Shown here one piece after another: positions 25,622 to 35,853 of a stretch of DNA of 64,000 nt. The stretch spans positions 2,131 to 66,130 of the forward strand of contig JAKALQ010000001.1 in the NCBI GenBank assembly GCA_021824095.1. The letters are read 5' to 3'. A program made the translations under genes and the position numbers. The number at the start of each line of letters is the position of its first letter. Within the stretch, counting starts at the first letter, position 1. The DNA comes from Actinomycetes bacterium. Lineage in GTDB: Bacteria > Actinomycetota > Actinomycetes > S36-B12 > UBA5976. The notes below the pieces were generated by a model, which made no database searches, was not told where the DNA came from, and saw nothing but the letters and a program-made list of their open reading frames with translations.

Positions 25622-26533
25622 TCAGCGATGGTGGCGCAGCAACCACGCGAGCACGTCTGACCCGAAGCTGGTGTTGAAGTTGGGCGAATGGGGCGCACCG
25701 GCCATGCGCCAGAAGTCGACGTTCACCCCGGCCGGGCACGGGCGCGACGAGAACGTCGTGGTCTCCCGCTTCGTACCGGTGGCGAGCAGGTGCAGCGTCC
25801 CCGTGCGCCGCAGCGTCACGTTGGGGCCGCACCCGTCGTAGGACGCCCAGTAGCGCAGGGAGGTGGCGGTCGATGGGTAGGGGTCGAACTCCGGCCCACC
25901 GGCGATGTTCACGATGTAGTCGGCCGTGCCGTTGATCGAGAGCACGCTCACCGGCTTCGAGGGTGCGCAGCGCGCCTTGTCGGCGAAGGTCGCACCCGCC
26001 AGCACGGCCACCGCGGCGAAGGTGTCGGCGTGGTCGCAGGCCAGCCGGTAGGCCATGAACCCACCGTTCGAATGGCCGAAGGCGTACACGCGCGCACGAT
26101 CGATCGGCGTCTGCTGCGCAATGGCATCGACGAGCGAGGCCAGATAGGCGGAGTCATCGACGCCGCTGTTGTAGAAGTCGCAGCAGTTGTTCGTGGCGTT
26201 CCAGAAGCGGTTGCCATTGCCGTTCTCAAGGGTGCCGTCGGGGAAGGCGAGCACAACACCTCGCGCAGCCGCCGCTGCCCGCAGGCGCAGGTAGCGGTCG
26301 ATCGCGGCGCCGCTGCTGCCGTAGCCGTGCAGCACGAGCACGAGTGGCCGGGCCTTCGCAGGGCCCGCCGGCACCACCACCTGCGCCGGACGCACCGTGC
26401 CGACGCTCAGCACGCGCGGCGCCGAGCCGCCGGTGGCGGCGGACGCGAACGGATGGACGGGGCCGAACCCGAGCACCACGCCGACGGCCACGACGGACGC
26501 GGCGACGGCGAGCAGCAGGCGGGAACGGCGCAT
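25622..26533 (-). CDS. Secreted alpha/beta hydrolase, PHB depolymerase/LpqC-like esterase family
   Basis: Start at ATG 26533 (MRRSRLLLAVAASVVAVGVVLG, a signal/anchor segment). HGYGSS, FWNATNNCCDF and the nucleophile elbow GHSNGG are present. The track ORF's 166 extra N-terminal residues were rejected. Confidence 0.78.
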   Translation of the reverse strand: MRRSRLLLAVAASVVAVGVVLGFGPVHPFASAATGGSAPRVLSVGTVRPAQVVVPAGPAKARPLVLVLHGYGSSGAAIDRYLRLRAAAAARGVVLAFPDGTLENGNGNRFWNATNNCCDFYNSGVDDSAYLASLVDAIAQQTPIDRARVYAFGHSNGGFMAYRLACDHADTFAAVAVLAGATFADKARCAPSKPVSVLSINGTADYIVNIAGGPEFDPYPSTATSLRYWASYDGCGPNVTLRRTGTLHLLATGTKRETTTFSSRPCPAGVNVDFWRMAGAPHSPNFNTSFGSDVLAWLLRHHR

Positions 26534-26696
26534 ACCGGCCAACCTACGAGCCTCCCCCGACAACGCCAAGCCCCGCCCCGTGACGGCGGTGCGCTGTCGT
26601 CCGCGGTCGGCTCGATCCCCGCCCATGCCCCACGTGTCGCAGGCCTGGCATACGATCGCGTGCACCTCCACGGTCACACAGAATGGACCCGTGCCC

Positions 26697-27611
26697 ATGC
26701 CCGGCAGCGCTCCCATCGTCCTCACCTGGTCCGACGGCACCCACGCGTCGGAGGCGGTGGTGCGCTCCCTCGGCGCCAGCCTCAACGGGCTCACCATCGA
26801 CGGTCGCGCCATCATCCCCGCCGACACGGAGGCCGCACGCGAGCGCTGGTTCGGTGGCTTCACCCTGGCGCCCTGGCCGAACCGCCTGCGCGGCGCGCAC
26901 TGGTCGCTCGATGGCATCGAGTACCGCGCGCAGGCCAACGACGACCATGGCCATGCCCTGCACGGGCTCGTGCACCATCGCGACTTCGACGTGGCCGGCT
27001 TCACCACATCCTCGATCCTCATGGCCCACACGCTCGGTGCCGATGCGGCCTACCCCTGGCCGCTGCGCATCGAGGTCTCGTACGCACTCGGACCCAATGG
27101 GCTCACCTGCACGATCGGCGCCACCAACCTCGCTGACCGCCGCCTGCCGGTTGCCGTCGGGGTGCACCCGTACCTCGCGTACGACGACGCGTGCACCATC
27201 ACCGTCCCGGCCAAGGCCGTCTGCGACAACGACGCCACCCTCATCCCGACGGGTGCGCTGCTGTCACCGGACACCGTCGACGTCGTCCCCTCCGCACCGG
27301 TGCGCATGGCAGACCTGTCGCTGGACCACTGCTTCACCCAGCTCACCCGCGAGGGCGACGGCCTGGCCCGCACCCGCATCACCTACGGTGACGGCAGCGG
27401 CGCCGAGGTGTGGCAGGACGCCGCGATGCCGTACCTGCAGCTGTTCACCAAGCGCGACTTCCCATGGGCGGCGCCGGGTCTGCACGGCATCGGCATCGAG
27501 CCGCAGACCGCACCCGCGAATGCCCTGCAGACGGGCACCGACCTGCACTGGCTGGAGCCGTCCGAGTCATGGACCGTCCGCTGGGGCATCCGGCGCACGG
27601 CCGCCAACTGA
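26697..27611 (+). CDS. Aldose 1-epimerase (galactose mutarotase-like) family protein
   Basis: Pattern LAPWPNRL...Y...N...HALHG..H is typical of the aldose-epimerase superfamily. The start is ATG 26697 or GTG 26691. Confidence 0.75.
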   Translation: MPGSAPIVLTWSDGTHASEAVVRSLGASLNGLTIDGRAIIPADTEAARERWFGGFTLAPWPNRLRGAHWSLDGIEYRAQANDDHGHALHGLVHHRDFDVAGFTTSSILMAHTLGADAAYPWPLRIEVSYALGPNGLTCTIGATNLADRRLPVAVGVHPYLAYDDACTITVPAKAVCDNDATLIPTGALLSPDTVDVVPSAPVRMADLSLDHCFTQLTREGDGLARTRITYGDGSGAEVWQDAAMPYLQLFTKRDFPWAAPGLHGIGIEPQTAPANALQTGTDLHWLEPSESWTVRWGIRRTAAN

Positions 27612-27623
27612 ACGGGGGAGCAC

Positions 27624-28073
27624 ATGGGCAGGTCATGGTTCGGCACCCAGTCGGCGCCAAAGCCCTACACGGGTCCCCGTGTGGTGGAGTCGGGCGTGTT
27701 CGACCTCGCGATCGCGGGGCCCCAGGCGATCGCACTGCTCACCACCGCGGCGGGCCTCGAGCGCTGGCTGGCAACCCCCACGCGCTTCTCTGGCGGGCGC
27801 GGCGCCACCATCGAGTTCGTGGACGGCGAGCAGGCCTTCGGCGGCAGCTTCGCCCTCCTCGACATCCCCGACCACATCGTGATCGTCACCGAGCTGCACG
27901 GTGAGATCGACGTGCAACTCGCCTTCCGTCACACGCCCGTGCGCGCCACCGTCTCCATGACCTGCGTCGCGAAGGACGATCGCGAGGCCGCGACCATCGG
28001 CGAGCGACTGCGCGCCACCATGACTCGGCTCGGCGCGGCCTTGCGCGACGAGCCGGCGACCAGCGTGGGCTGA
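27624..28073 (+). CDS. Hypothetical protein, possibly SRPBCC/AHSA1-like
   Basis: 149-aa ORF with a GGGGGAG RBS upstream and GC3-rich codon usage. The family assignment is only a weak resemblance. Confidence 0.45.
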   Translation: MGRSWFGTQSAPKPYTGPRVVESGVFDLAIAGPQAIALLTTAAGLERWLATPTRFSGGRGATIEFVDGEQAFGGSFALLDIPDHIVIVTELHGEIDVQLAFRHTPVRATVSMTCVAKDDREAATIGERLRATMTRLGAALRDEPATSVG

Positions 28074-28107
28074 CTCCCCTGTCGCCTCCTGCCGATAGCC
28101 TGCAACC

Positions 28108-28677
28108 ATGCAGCTGCACGGCACCATCGGCCCCGACCGGCCGCTGCTCGTCGTCGCCCTGGAGCAGGAGGCCGTGGCCCTGCGCGATCTCGGACTGCCC
28201 CTGCTCGTCACGGGCGCTGGCAAGGTGAATGCGGCCGTCGCCGTCGCCACGGCCATCAACACCACGCGCCCACGCGAGCTCATCAACCTCGGCACCGCCG
28301 GTGGCTTGAAGGACCACGTCGAGGGCACCCACCTCGTGCGCACGGTGCTCGAGCACGATGTCGACGATGACGCCATCTTCGCCGTTGCCGAGGTGCATTG
28401 CAGCCTGCCGATCAACCTGGCCCGCGAGGGCCTCATCCTCGCGACCGGTGACCGCTTCATCGCCGATGCCGGTGAGCGTGCGCTGCTCGCCGTGGTGGCC
28501 GACATCGTCGACATGGAGGGCTACGCCATCGCGAAGGCGGCCGCGCACGCGGGCATCAGCCTCACCATGGTGAAGCACGTGAGCGACCGTGCCGACGACA
28601 CCGCGTCGCAGTCCTGGGTCGACTCCGTCCTGCAGTGCTCGCACCATCTGGCCGCCTGGGTGCGCGCCAACGTCTGA
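28108..28677 (+). CDS. Nucleoside phosphorylase superfamily protein (MTA/SAH nucleosidase-like)
   Basis: Family blocks VTGAGKVNAA, NLGTAGGL and VDMEGYAIAKAA (PNP_UDP_1 pattern). At 189 aa it is short for the family. Confidence 0.7.
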   Translation: MQLHGTIGPDRPLLVVALEQEAVALRDLGLPLLVTGAGKVNAAVAVATAINTTRPRELINLGTAGGLKDHVEGTHLVRTVLEHDVDDDAIFAVAEVHCSLPINLAREGLILATGDRFIADAGERALLAVVADIVDMEGYAIAKAAAHAGISLTMVKHVSDRADDTASQSWVDSVLQCSHHLAAWVRANV

Positions 28678-28752
28678 CGGCGTCCAGCGCCCACGCGACG
28701 AGGCGCCGCCGATCCGCGGCAGGGAGTCGAGCACGCGCGTACAGTCGCCGAC

Positions 28753-29637
28753 ATGGCACCGGTCATCGAGGTCCACGGACTCGTGAAGGCATTCGGCAGC
28801 ACCACGGCACTCGATGGCCTCGAGCTCACGGTGGACGCGGGCGAGGTGCACGGCTTCCTCGGCCCCAACGGTGCCGGCAAGACCACCACGCTGCGCTGCC
28901 TGCTCGGCCTGCTCACCCCCGATGCGGGCACGGTGCGCGTGCTGGGGCTGGATGCACGGCGTGATGCCGTTGCCGTGCACCGGCGCATGGCATCCGTCCC
29001 TGGTGACGTCGCCCTGTGGCCGACGCTCACGGGAGGGGAGGTGATCGACCTGCTCGGCCGCCTCCGCGGCGGGATCGCATCGAAGCGGCGCGACGCCCTC
29101 ATCGCCCGCTTCGAACTCGACCCGACGAAGCGCACCCGCACCTACTCGAAGGGCAACCGCCAGAAGGTGGCCCTCATCGCCGCCCTCGCGTCCGATGCCG
29201 AACTCCTGCTCCTCGACGAGCCGACGAGCGGGCTGGACCCGCTCATGGAGCGCACCTTCCGTGACGTGGTGCGGGAATGGCAGCAGGACGGGCGTTCCGT
29301 GCTGCTGTCGAGCCACATCCTCTCCGAGGCAGAGGCACTGTGCGATCGCCTCAGCATCATCCGCGCCGGCCGCATCGTCGAGACGGGCACGCTCGCCTCC
29401 ATGCGCCACCTCACCCGCACCAGCGTCCGCGCCCAGCTGCGTCGCCCCGCCTCCGGGCTCGAGGCCATCGCCGGCGTGCACGACTGCGTGAGCGACGACA
29501 CCACGGTCACCTGCAGCGTCGAGCAGCATGCGCTGGACAGCTTCCTCGCAGCCCTGCATCCCTTCGGCATCCTGGGGCTGGAAACGCAGCCGCCCACCCT
29601 CGAGGAACTGTTCCTCTCCCACTACCAAGGGGCATGA
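28753..29637 (+). CDS. ABC transporter ATP-binding protein (ABC-2/DrrA-like exporter type)
   Basis: Walker [10 protein letters not shown], signature YSKGNRQK, Walker [13 protein letters not shown] and H-loop SSHIL. Confidence 0.9.
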   Translation: MAPVIEVHGLVKAFGSTTALDGLELTVDAGEVHGFLGPNGAGKTTTLRCLLGLLTPDAGTVRVLGLDARRDAVAVHRRMASVPGDVALWPTLTGGEVIDLLGRLRGGIASKRRDALIARFELDPTKRTRTYSKGNRQKVALIAALASDAELLLLDEPTSGLDPLMERTFRDVVREWQQDGRSVLLSSHILSEAEALCDRLSIIRAGRIVETGTLASMRHLTRTSVRAQLRRPASGLEAIAGVHDCVSDDTTVTCSVEQHALDSFLAALHPFGILGLETQPPTLEELFLSHYQGA

Positions 29638-31236
29638 GTGGACGGCTTCCGCGGAACCGGCACCCTGCTGCGGCTCGCCCTGCGCCGCGATCGCGTGGTG
29701 CTGCCCTCGTGGGTCGTCGCGTACCTGCTCTATGCCGTGGGCGGCACGGCGGCGGCGGTCGCGCTCTACCCGGACTTTCGCTCCCGTCTCGACGCCGCGG
29801 CAGCCGTGAACGCACTGCCCGCCATGCTCCTCATGTACGGACGCGTCTGGGACCCGCATGCCCTCGGATCGGTCGCCATGATCAAGCCCATCGGCTTCGG
29901 CGGCATCTTCGCAGCCATCCTCGCCATCCTCATCGTCACGCGACACACGCGCACGGAAGAGGAGTCCGGCCGGCTCGAGCTCGTCCGCGCACTGGCCGTC
30001 GGACGCTGGGCACCGGTGACGGCGGCCCTCACCCTCACCGGCGGCGCCATGCTGCTGTTGGCCGTGGTGGACGCCCTCGGCGTCACCGCTGCCGGGCTCC
30101 CTGCCAGCAGCGCGTGGGCGTGGGCCCTGTCATGCGCGCTCACGGGCCTCACCTTCGCCGCGCTGGCGGGTGTGACAGCGCAGCTCACCCAGTCGGCGCG
30201 CGCCGCGAATGTGCTGGCACTGCTCGCACTCGCGGCATCCTTCGCTTTGCGTGGCACGTCGGACGTGGCCGGCACACCACAGGCGAGCGCCTGGTGGGCC
30301 TGGGCGTCCCCGGTGGGGTGGCAGGACCAAGTGCGTGCCTTCGCGGGGGACCGCTGGTGGGTGCTCGCCCTGTTCCCGCTCGCGATCGTGGCGCTGGCCC
30401 TCACGGCGCTGCGACTCGCGGCGCAACGCGACCTGGACGCCGGTCTCCTGCCACAGCGGGCGGGGCGTCCCACCGCCTCACCGCTGCTCCGCTCCCCACT
30501 GGCACTGACGGTGCGGCTGCAGCGAGGCCTGCTCATCGGCCTGTTCGCCAGCTATGTCGCCCTGAGCCTGCTGCTCGGTGCCGTCGCATCGAGTGCGACA
30601 TCGCTGCTCGACAGCGCCGGGATGCGCTCCTGGCTCACGAGCGTCGCCGGCACCAGCAATGCGACCACGGCGTTCCTCATCTTCGAGCTCGGCTTCGTCG
30701 CGCTCATCACGGCGCTGTGCGGCATCCTCGTCGCCCTCCGCCTGCGTACGGAGGAGGCGGCGGGGCGGCTCGAACCCCTCCTCGCCACCGCGGTCTCGCG
30801 CACCCGCGCCTATGGCGCCCAGGTTGCGACGGCACTCCTCACCACCACGGCACTGCAGGCCACGCTCGCCATCGGGTTCCGGCTCGCCGACACCACACCG
30901 CAGGGTGGCAGCCTCGCGCAGGATCTCGGCATGGCCGCGGTGTCACTCCCCGCGATCTGGGTGATCACCGCCGTCGCGTTCCTGCTCATCGGCGTGGCGC
31001 CGCGGGCCACAGCGCTCGCCTGGGCCGCGCTCGCGGGCAGCATGCTCATCGGTGAGGTCGGGCCCCTGCTCCACTGGCCGTCGCTCGCCCTGGACCTGTC
31101 GCCCTTCACGCATGTGCCGCGCATCCCCGCGACGCCGATGGCCTGGGCACCGGAGGTCGTGCTCCTGGCCATCACGGCCGCACTGCTGGGCGCAGGATGG
31201 TGGCGCTTCCACCGACGCGACCTCGCGCCGGCCTGA
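29638..31236 (+). CDS. ABC-2 exporter permease, 12-TM type
   Basis: 532 aa with many hydrophobic helices. The GTG start follows directly after the ATPase stop codon. Confidence 0.75.
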   Translation: MDGFRGTGTLLRLALRRDRVVLPSWVVAYLLYAVGGTAAAVALYPDFRSRLDAAAAVNALPAMLLMYGRVWDPHALGSVAMIKPIGFGGIFAAILAILIVTRHTRTEEESGRLELVRALAVGRWAPVTAALTLTGGAMLLLAVVDALGVTAAGLPASSAWAWALSCALTGLTFAALAGVTAQLTQSARAANVLALLALAASFALRGTSDVAGTPQASAWWAWASPVGWQDQVRAFAGDRWWVLALFPLAIVALALTALRLAAQRDLDAGLLPQRAGRPTASPLLRSPLALTVRLQRGLLIGLFASYVALSLLLGAVASSATSLLDSAGMRSWLTSVAGTSNATTAFLIFELGFVALITALCGILVALRLRTEEAAGRLEPLLATAVSRTRAYGAQVATALLTTTALQATLAIGFRLADTTPQGGSLAQDLGMAAVSLPAIWVITAVAFLLIGVAPRATALAWAALAGSMLIGEVGPLLHWPSLALDLSPFTHVPRIPATPMAWAPEVVLLAITAALLGAGWWRFHRRDLAPA

Positions 31237-31260
31237 TCCCGCGTCTGCTTGGATTGCCTC

Positions 31261-31737
31261 GTGCACATCTCGGCACGGACGGACTACGGCATGCGGGCCC
31301 TCCTCGAACTCGCGGCCGCTGCCAACGCAGACCCTGCCGCCCTCGTGAAGGGCGAGCACCTCGCGACGGCCCAGCAGGTGCCCGCGAAGTTCCTCGAGGC
31401 CATCCTGCGCGACCTGCGCGAGCACGCGCTCATCGAGAGTCGCCGCGGGATGGACGGTGGCTACCGCCTCGCGCGCCCCGCCGCCTCCATCACGGTGGCC
31501 GAGGTCGTGCGCGTGCTCGATGGCCCGCTGGCCGCGGTGCGCGGGGAGCGTCCGGAGCACCACACCTACGCCGGGCCGGCGCACCACCTGCAGGACGTGT
31601 GGATCGCAGCACGCGTCGCCATCCGTGACGTGCTCGAGCAGGTGACGCTCGACGACATCGTGCGCGGCACGCTGCCCGAAGCGGTGCGGGTGCGCCTGGA
31701 GGCGCCGGGCGCCTGGGAGCGGCGCCCCGAACCGTGA
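31261..31737 (+). CDS. Rrf2-family transcriptional regulator
   Basis: N-terminal winged HTH pattern (VHISARTDYGMRALLELA...IPAKFLEAILRDLREHALIESRRGMDGGYRLARP). GTG 31261 is preferred over the track's TTG 31249. Confidence 0.83.
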   Translation: MHISARTDYGMRALLELAAAANADPAALVKGEHLATAQQVPAKFLEAILRDLREHALIESRRGMDGGYRLARPAASITVAEVVRVLDGPLAAVRGERPEHHTYAGPAHHLQDVWIAARVAIRDVLEQVTLDDIVRGTLPEAVRVRLEAPGAWERRPEP

Positions 31738-31768
31738 CGTCGCAACGCTGGCGACGACGAGTGCCCAC

Positions 31769-33658
31769 CTAGCGGTAGAGCACCATCGTGGACTGCTCCG
31801 CCACCTCGACGGACGCCACGGGCTCACGCATGGGCACGATGAACCCAGCGCGCCAATCGTCGACGGCGACGCCCCACGGCGAGCGTGTCGGCAGTGCCAC
31901 CTGCTGCGCGTGCCGTGCCGCGTTGTGCACGACCACGATCTCGGTCCAGATGTCGCGGCAGGCGACCCCATCCAGCGTGTAGGCGATCACCTCGGGCGCG
32001 GTGTCGAGGAAGCGCAGGTTGCGGCGCACAGCATCGGCATCGCGCATGCGGAAGGCCGGGTGCGCACGTCGCAGTGCGATGAGACCACGGACGTACTCGG
32101 CCAGCTCGAACCAGGTGATGCGACGCTCCCACCGCAGGGCGTTCACGTCATCACCGGAGCGGTAGCTGTTGTCATCGCCGTGCTTGGTGCGCAGGAACTC
32201 CTGCCCCGCGTGCAGGAACGGGACGCCCTGCGACAGCAGCACGATCGACGTCGCCAGCCGCGACAGGCGCGCCAGTTCGGCGTCACCGGCATCGGGCAGG
32301 CTCGCATGCAGCTTGTCGTACAGGGTGAGGTTGTCGTGGGCCTCGACGTAGTTCACGGCCTGCCCTGGTTCGATCTCGCCCCAGTTGCCACCGATCGCCT
32401 CACCGAAGCGCACGACGCCGACGATGCCGTCGAGCACCGCGGGACGGGCGGCCGTCTCACCCTGGATCCAGCCGCGGGCACCGTGGTCCCACACCGAACC
32501 CTTGACGCCGTCGCGCATGAGATCGTTGAACTGCCCGATGCGCGGCAGCAGGGCGGCGTTCGGCTGGTCGGCGCGCTGCGCCTCCGGCAGCACGTCGGCC
32601 ATCTGCCAGCCCTCGCCGATCATCACGATGCTGGGATCGATGGCGTCGAGGGCGGCCCGCACTGCTCGCATGGTCTCGATGTCGAGGATGCCCATGAGGT
32701 CGAAGCGGAAGCCGTCGATGTGGTACTCGCGCGCCCAGTACGTGACCGAGTCGACGATGTACCGGCGCACCATGGCCCGTTCGGACGCCACCTCGTTGCC
32801 GCACGCGGTCGCATTGGCGAGGGTGCCGTCGGGGTTGCGTCGGAACCAGTAGCCGGGCACCAGCTGCTCGAAGGCATGGGTTCCGGCATCGAACACGTGG
32901 TTGTAGACGACGTCCATGACGACGCGCAGGCCATCGTCGTGCAGCGACTGCACCGCCTGCTTGAACTCGCGGATGCGGCACAGCGGGTCGGACGGGTCGG
33001 TGGCGTAACTGCCCTCGGGCACGTTGTACTGCACCGGGTCGTAGCCCCAGTTGTAGGCGAGCGCGTCCTGCTCGTCGACGGAGCCGAAGTCGTAGACGGG
33101 CATGAGCTGCACGTGTGTCACACCGAGCTCGCGGATGGGGTCGATGCCCGAGCGGTTGCCGGACGTCGTGAGCGTGCCGTGGTCGGTGAGGGCAAGGAAG
33201 CGGCCACGATGCGCCTCCCCGATGCCCGACGCCGGGTCGATCGAGAGGTCACGCACGTGCAGCTCGTAGAACACGGCGTCGACGAGCTCGCCGCTGAAGT
33301 CAGGGCGGGCGGGTGTCCAGCGCTCAGGGTCGGTGCGGCGCAGGTCGACGACAACACTGTGCCCGGCATTCACGGTGCTCGCCCGCGCGTAGGGATCGAG
33401 GGCCTCGCGCCAGACGCCCTCGACCTCGGCGCGCACGCGATAGCGGGTGCCGTGGAGATCGCCTTCGATCCGCAGGAGCCAGGTGCCGCCCCGGTCCGCG
33501 AGCATGGGGATGGTCTGCACGCCATCGCGCCAGAGCACCAGGTCGACGGCATCCGCGGACGGCGCCCACACCCGGAACTGCGTGGCCTCCGGGGTGTAGC
33601 TGGCGCCGAGGTCGTCGCCGTCGTAGGTGAGGCGACCGTCGATGTCTGCGGGTGTCAC
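31769..33658 (-). CDS. pulA: Type I pullulanase (GH13), apparently cytoplasmic
   Basis: YNWGYDP pullulanase signature, and GH13 regions VVMDVVYNH, GFRFDLMG and EGW..YVEAHDN. No N-terminal signal peptide is visible. Confidence 0.88.
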   Translation of the reverse strand: MTPADIDGRLTYDGDDLGASYTPEATQFRVWAPSADAVDLVLWRDGVQTIPMLADRGGTWLLRIEGDLHGTRYRVRAEVEGVWREALDPYARASTVNAGHSVVVDLRRTDPERWTPARPDFSGELVDAVFYELHVRDLSIDPASGIGEAHRGRFLALTDHGTLTTSGNRSGIDPIRELGVTHVQLMPVYDFGSVDEQDALAYNWGYDPVQYNVPEGSYATDPSDPLCRIREFKQAVQSLHDDGLRVVMDVVYNHVFDAGTHAFEQLVPGYWFRRNPDGTLANATACGNEVASERAMVRRYIVDSVTYWAREYHIDGFRFDLMGILDIETMRAVRAALDAIDPSIVMIGEGWQMADVLPEAQRADQPNAALLPRIGQFNDLMRDGVKGSVWDHGARGWIQGETAARPAVLDGIVGVVRFGEAIGGNWGEIEPGQAVNYVEAHDNLTLYDKLHASLPDAGDAELARLSRLATSIVLLSQGVPFLHAGQEFLRTKHGDDNSYRSGDDVNALRWERRITWFELAEYVRGLIALRRAHPAFRMRDADAVRRNLRFLDTAPEVIAYTLDGVACRDIWTEIVVVHNAARHAQQVALPTRSPWGVAVDDWRAGFIVPMREPVASVEVAEQSTMVLYR

Positions 33659-33688
33659 TGGGTACCCCTTCCGGGCTCAGCGGACACG

Positions 33689-34438
33689 CTACCGGCGGCG
33701 GCGACCCGCCACGCGCTCCGTCGTCGACACAAGGTCCGGCGTCGCGTACGCCTCCGCCGTCAGCGGCGCCGCGTCGGTGAAGCGCATGAGGCGCATGAAG
33801 CCCTCGTACGACGACAGCAGGTGGCTGCGCATGGCTGTCTCCGCGGCGAGGGGGTCAACGTCCGCGATCGCGTCCGCGATGGCGCGATGCTGCTCCAGGG
33901 TGGTGCGCCAATCCCAGGAGTCGCGGAACATACGGAACAGGTGCAGGTGGCAGTGCGTCTGCGTGAAGGCCTGCAGCACGACGCCGTTGCCGCTCGCCAC
34001 CATGATCGCCCGATGGAAGCGGCTGTCGTGGGCGATCATGTGCTGCTGCGGGGAGGCGGACCCGGCGGTGAACGACGCCAACTCGCGGGCCAGTTCGCGC
34101 GCGGGGTTGCGCAGCCCGTTCGTTGCCGCGGAGCGCGCGGCCCACGGCTCCACGAGCAGCCGGAACTCGAAGAGGTCGCGGACGCCGGCGGCATCGAGCA
34201 CCGGCGTCGTCGAGTAGCCCTTGTTCGACGTCGAGACGAGCAGGTTGTCACCCTGCAGGAGGCGCAGGGCCTCGCGCACCGGAGTCGCCGACACCCCGAG
34301 CTCCGCGGCCAGCCGGTGGATGTTGACCCGGGTCGACGGTGGGATGGTGTGGTCGAGGATCATCCCGCGCAGACGCTCGTACACGTCCTCGGTGCTGAGG
34401 CGACCGGATTCCGCTGCCGCGTCCTCGGGACGTGCCAT
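33689..34438 (-). CDS. GntR-family transcriptional regulator, FadR/FCD subfamily
   Basis: wHTH ([49 protein letters not shown]) plus a C-terminal all-helical FCD-like domain. The start is taken at ATG 34438. Confidence 0.83.
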   Translation of the reverse strand: MARPEDAAAESGRLSTEDVYERLRGMILDHTIPPSTRVNIHRLAAELGVSATPVREALRLLQGDNLLVSTSNKGYSTTPVLDAAGVRDLFEFRLLVEPWAARSAATNGLRNPARELARELASFTAGSASPQQHMIAHDSRFHRAIMVASGNGVVLQAFTQTHCHLHLFRMFRDSWDWRTTLEQHRAIADAIADVDPLAAETAMRSHLLSSYEGFMRLMRFTDAAPLTAEAYATPDLVSTTERVAGRRRR

Positions 34439-34503
34439 GGTGCAATCCCCCATTCGCCGGGTGCGTGGTGCGCGGAACCGCCTGGCGCTGCGACGTCACG
34501 GTG

Positions 34504-34583
34504 CACAAAACGTTATCAAACAGGGGCTGGCGGAATTCGGACGCTTCCCTATCATCGTGTCACATTTCACAAAAACGTATACA
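34504..34583. promoter_or_regulatory. AT-rich direct repeat pair in the GntR / hydroxy-acid dehydrogenase intergenic region (candidate operator)
   Basis: CACAAAACGTTATCA (34504..34518) and CACAAAAACGTATACA (34568..34583), 64 bp apart, sit in the only AT-rich patch of this intergenic region. The second copy abuts the RBS. Confidence 0.35.
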
Positions 34584-34596
34584 CATGGAGGTAGTC

Positions 34597-35853
34597 GTGA
34601 CCCGGCGTCAGGTCCCCCGACCGCGACAGCTCGCACCGCTCCTGCGCTTCAAGCGCTGGGAGCCGAGCGGCAAGCGTCGGCGCCTCGCTGCGGCACTCAC
34701 CATCAGCGACCTCCGCGCCATCGCGAAGCGCCGCACGCCCACGGCACCCTTCGACTACACCGACGGCGCGGCCGAGGGTGAACTGTCACTGGCGCGGGCA
34801 CGACGCGCATTCACGAACATCGAGTTCCACCCCAACATCCTGCGCGACGTGTCGACGGTCACCACCGCGCGTACCGTGCTCGGCGGGCCCAGCGCCTTCC
34901 CCTTCGCCATCGCGCCCACGGGGTTCACGCGGATGATGCACCACGAGGGTGAGGTGGCCGGGGCTCGGGCCGCCGCCGAGTTCGGCATCCCCTTCAGCCT
35001 CTCGACCATGGGCACCGCCTCCATCGAGGAGGTGGCCGCCGTCCAGCCCGCGGGCCGGCGCTGGTTCCAGCTCTACCTGTGGACCGCACGCGAGCAGTCG
35101 CTCGAGCTCATCCGCCGGGCGCGGGCCGCGAACTTCGACGTGCTGCTCGTCACCGTCGACGTTCCCGTCGCGGGTGCCCGCCTGCGCGACAAGCGCAACG
35201 GCATGTCGATCCCACCGGCGCTCACGCCGCGCACCGTCCTCAACGCCATCCCCCGTCCCGCGTGGTGGCTCAACTTCCTCACCACACCGCCCCTCGAGTT
35301 CGCCTCCCTCAGCAACTGGGAGGGGACGGTGGCGGACCTCATCGACCGCATGTTCGACCCCACGGTCACCTTCGACGACCTGCGCTGGATCCGCCAGGAG
35401 TGGCCCGGCAAACTCGTCATCAAGGGCGTGCAATCACTCGAGGACGCGAAGCGGCTCACCGACCTCGGCGTCGACGGCATCGTGCTGTCGAACCATGGCG
35501 GTCGGCAGCTCGACCGCGCACCCATCCCCTTCCACCTGCTGCCGATCGTCAACCGCGAGGTGGGCCGCGACGTCGAGCTGCTCATCGACACCGGCATCAT
35601 GTCGGGCGCTGACATCGTGGCCGCGATCGCGATGGGAGCACGCTCCACGCTCGTCGGTCGCGCCTACCTCTACGGCCTCATGGCCGGCGGTTACGACGGC
35701 GTCGTGCGCTCGCTCGAGATCCTCACCGACGAGATCACCCGCACCATGCGCCTGCTCGGCGTGGCCCATGTCGATGAGCTCTCCGAGCGGCACGTCACCC
35801 AACTCATGGACCTCGCACCACGCAGTGGATTCGACCTAGGGAGCGCACGATGA
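34597..35853 (+). CDS. FMN-dependent alpha-hydroxy-acid dehydrogenase/oxidase family protein (LldD / lactate 2-monooxygenase-like)
   Basis: Family blocks [27 protein letters not shown] and [12 protein letters not shown] 34597 has a GGAGG RBS 5 nt upstream. In-frame ATG 34585 is the alternative start. Confidence 0.85.
   Translation: MTRRQVPRPRQLAPLLRFKRWEPSGKRRRLAAALTISDLRAIAKRRTPTAPFDYTDGAAEGELSLARARRAFTNIEFHPNILRDVSTVTTARTVLGGPSAFPFAIAPTGFTRMMHHEGEVAGARAAAEFGIPFSLSTMGTASIEEVAAVQPAGRRWFQLYLWTAREQSLELIRRARAANFDVLLVTVDVPVAGARLRDKRNGMSIPPALTPRTVLNAIPRPAWWLNFLTTPPLEFASLSNWEGTVADLIDRMFDPTVTFDDLRWIRQEWPGKLVIKGVQSLEDAKRLTDLGVDGIVLSNHGGRQLDRAPIPFHLLPIVNREVGRDVELLIDTGIMSGADIVAAIAMGARSTLVGRAYLYGLMAGGYDGVVRSLEILTDEITRTMRLLGVAHVDELSERHVTQLMDLAPRSGFDLGSAR

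Noticed and set aside
27886-29946. 686-aa minus-strand ORF
   Set aside because: It is antisense to the nucleosidase gene, the ABC ATPase gene (Walker A/B and signature present on the plus strand) and the permease gene. No motifs, shadow-frame composition.
31910-34594. 894-aa plus-strand ORF
   Set aside because: It is antisense to the pullulanase gene (YNWGYDP and GH13 motifs on the minus strand) and the GntR gene. No motifs of its own.
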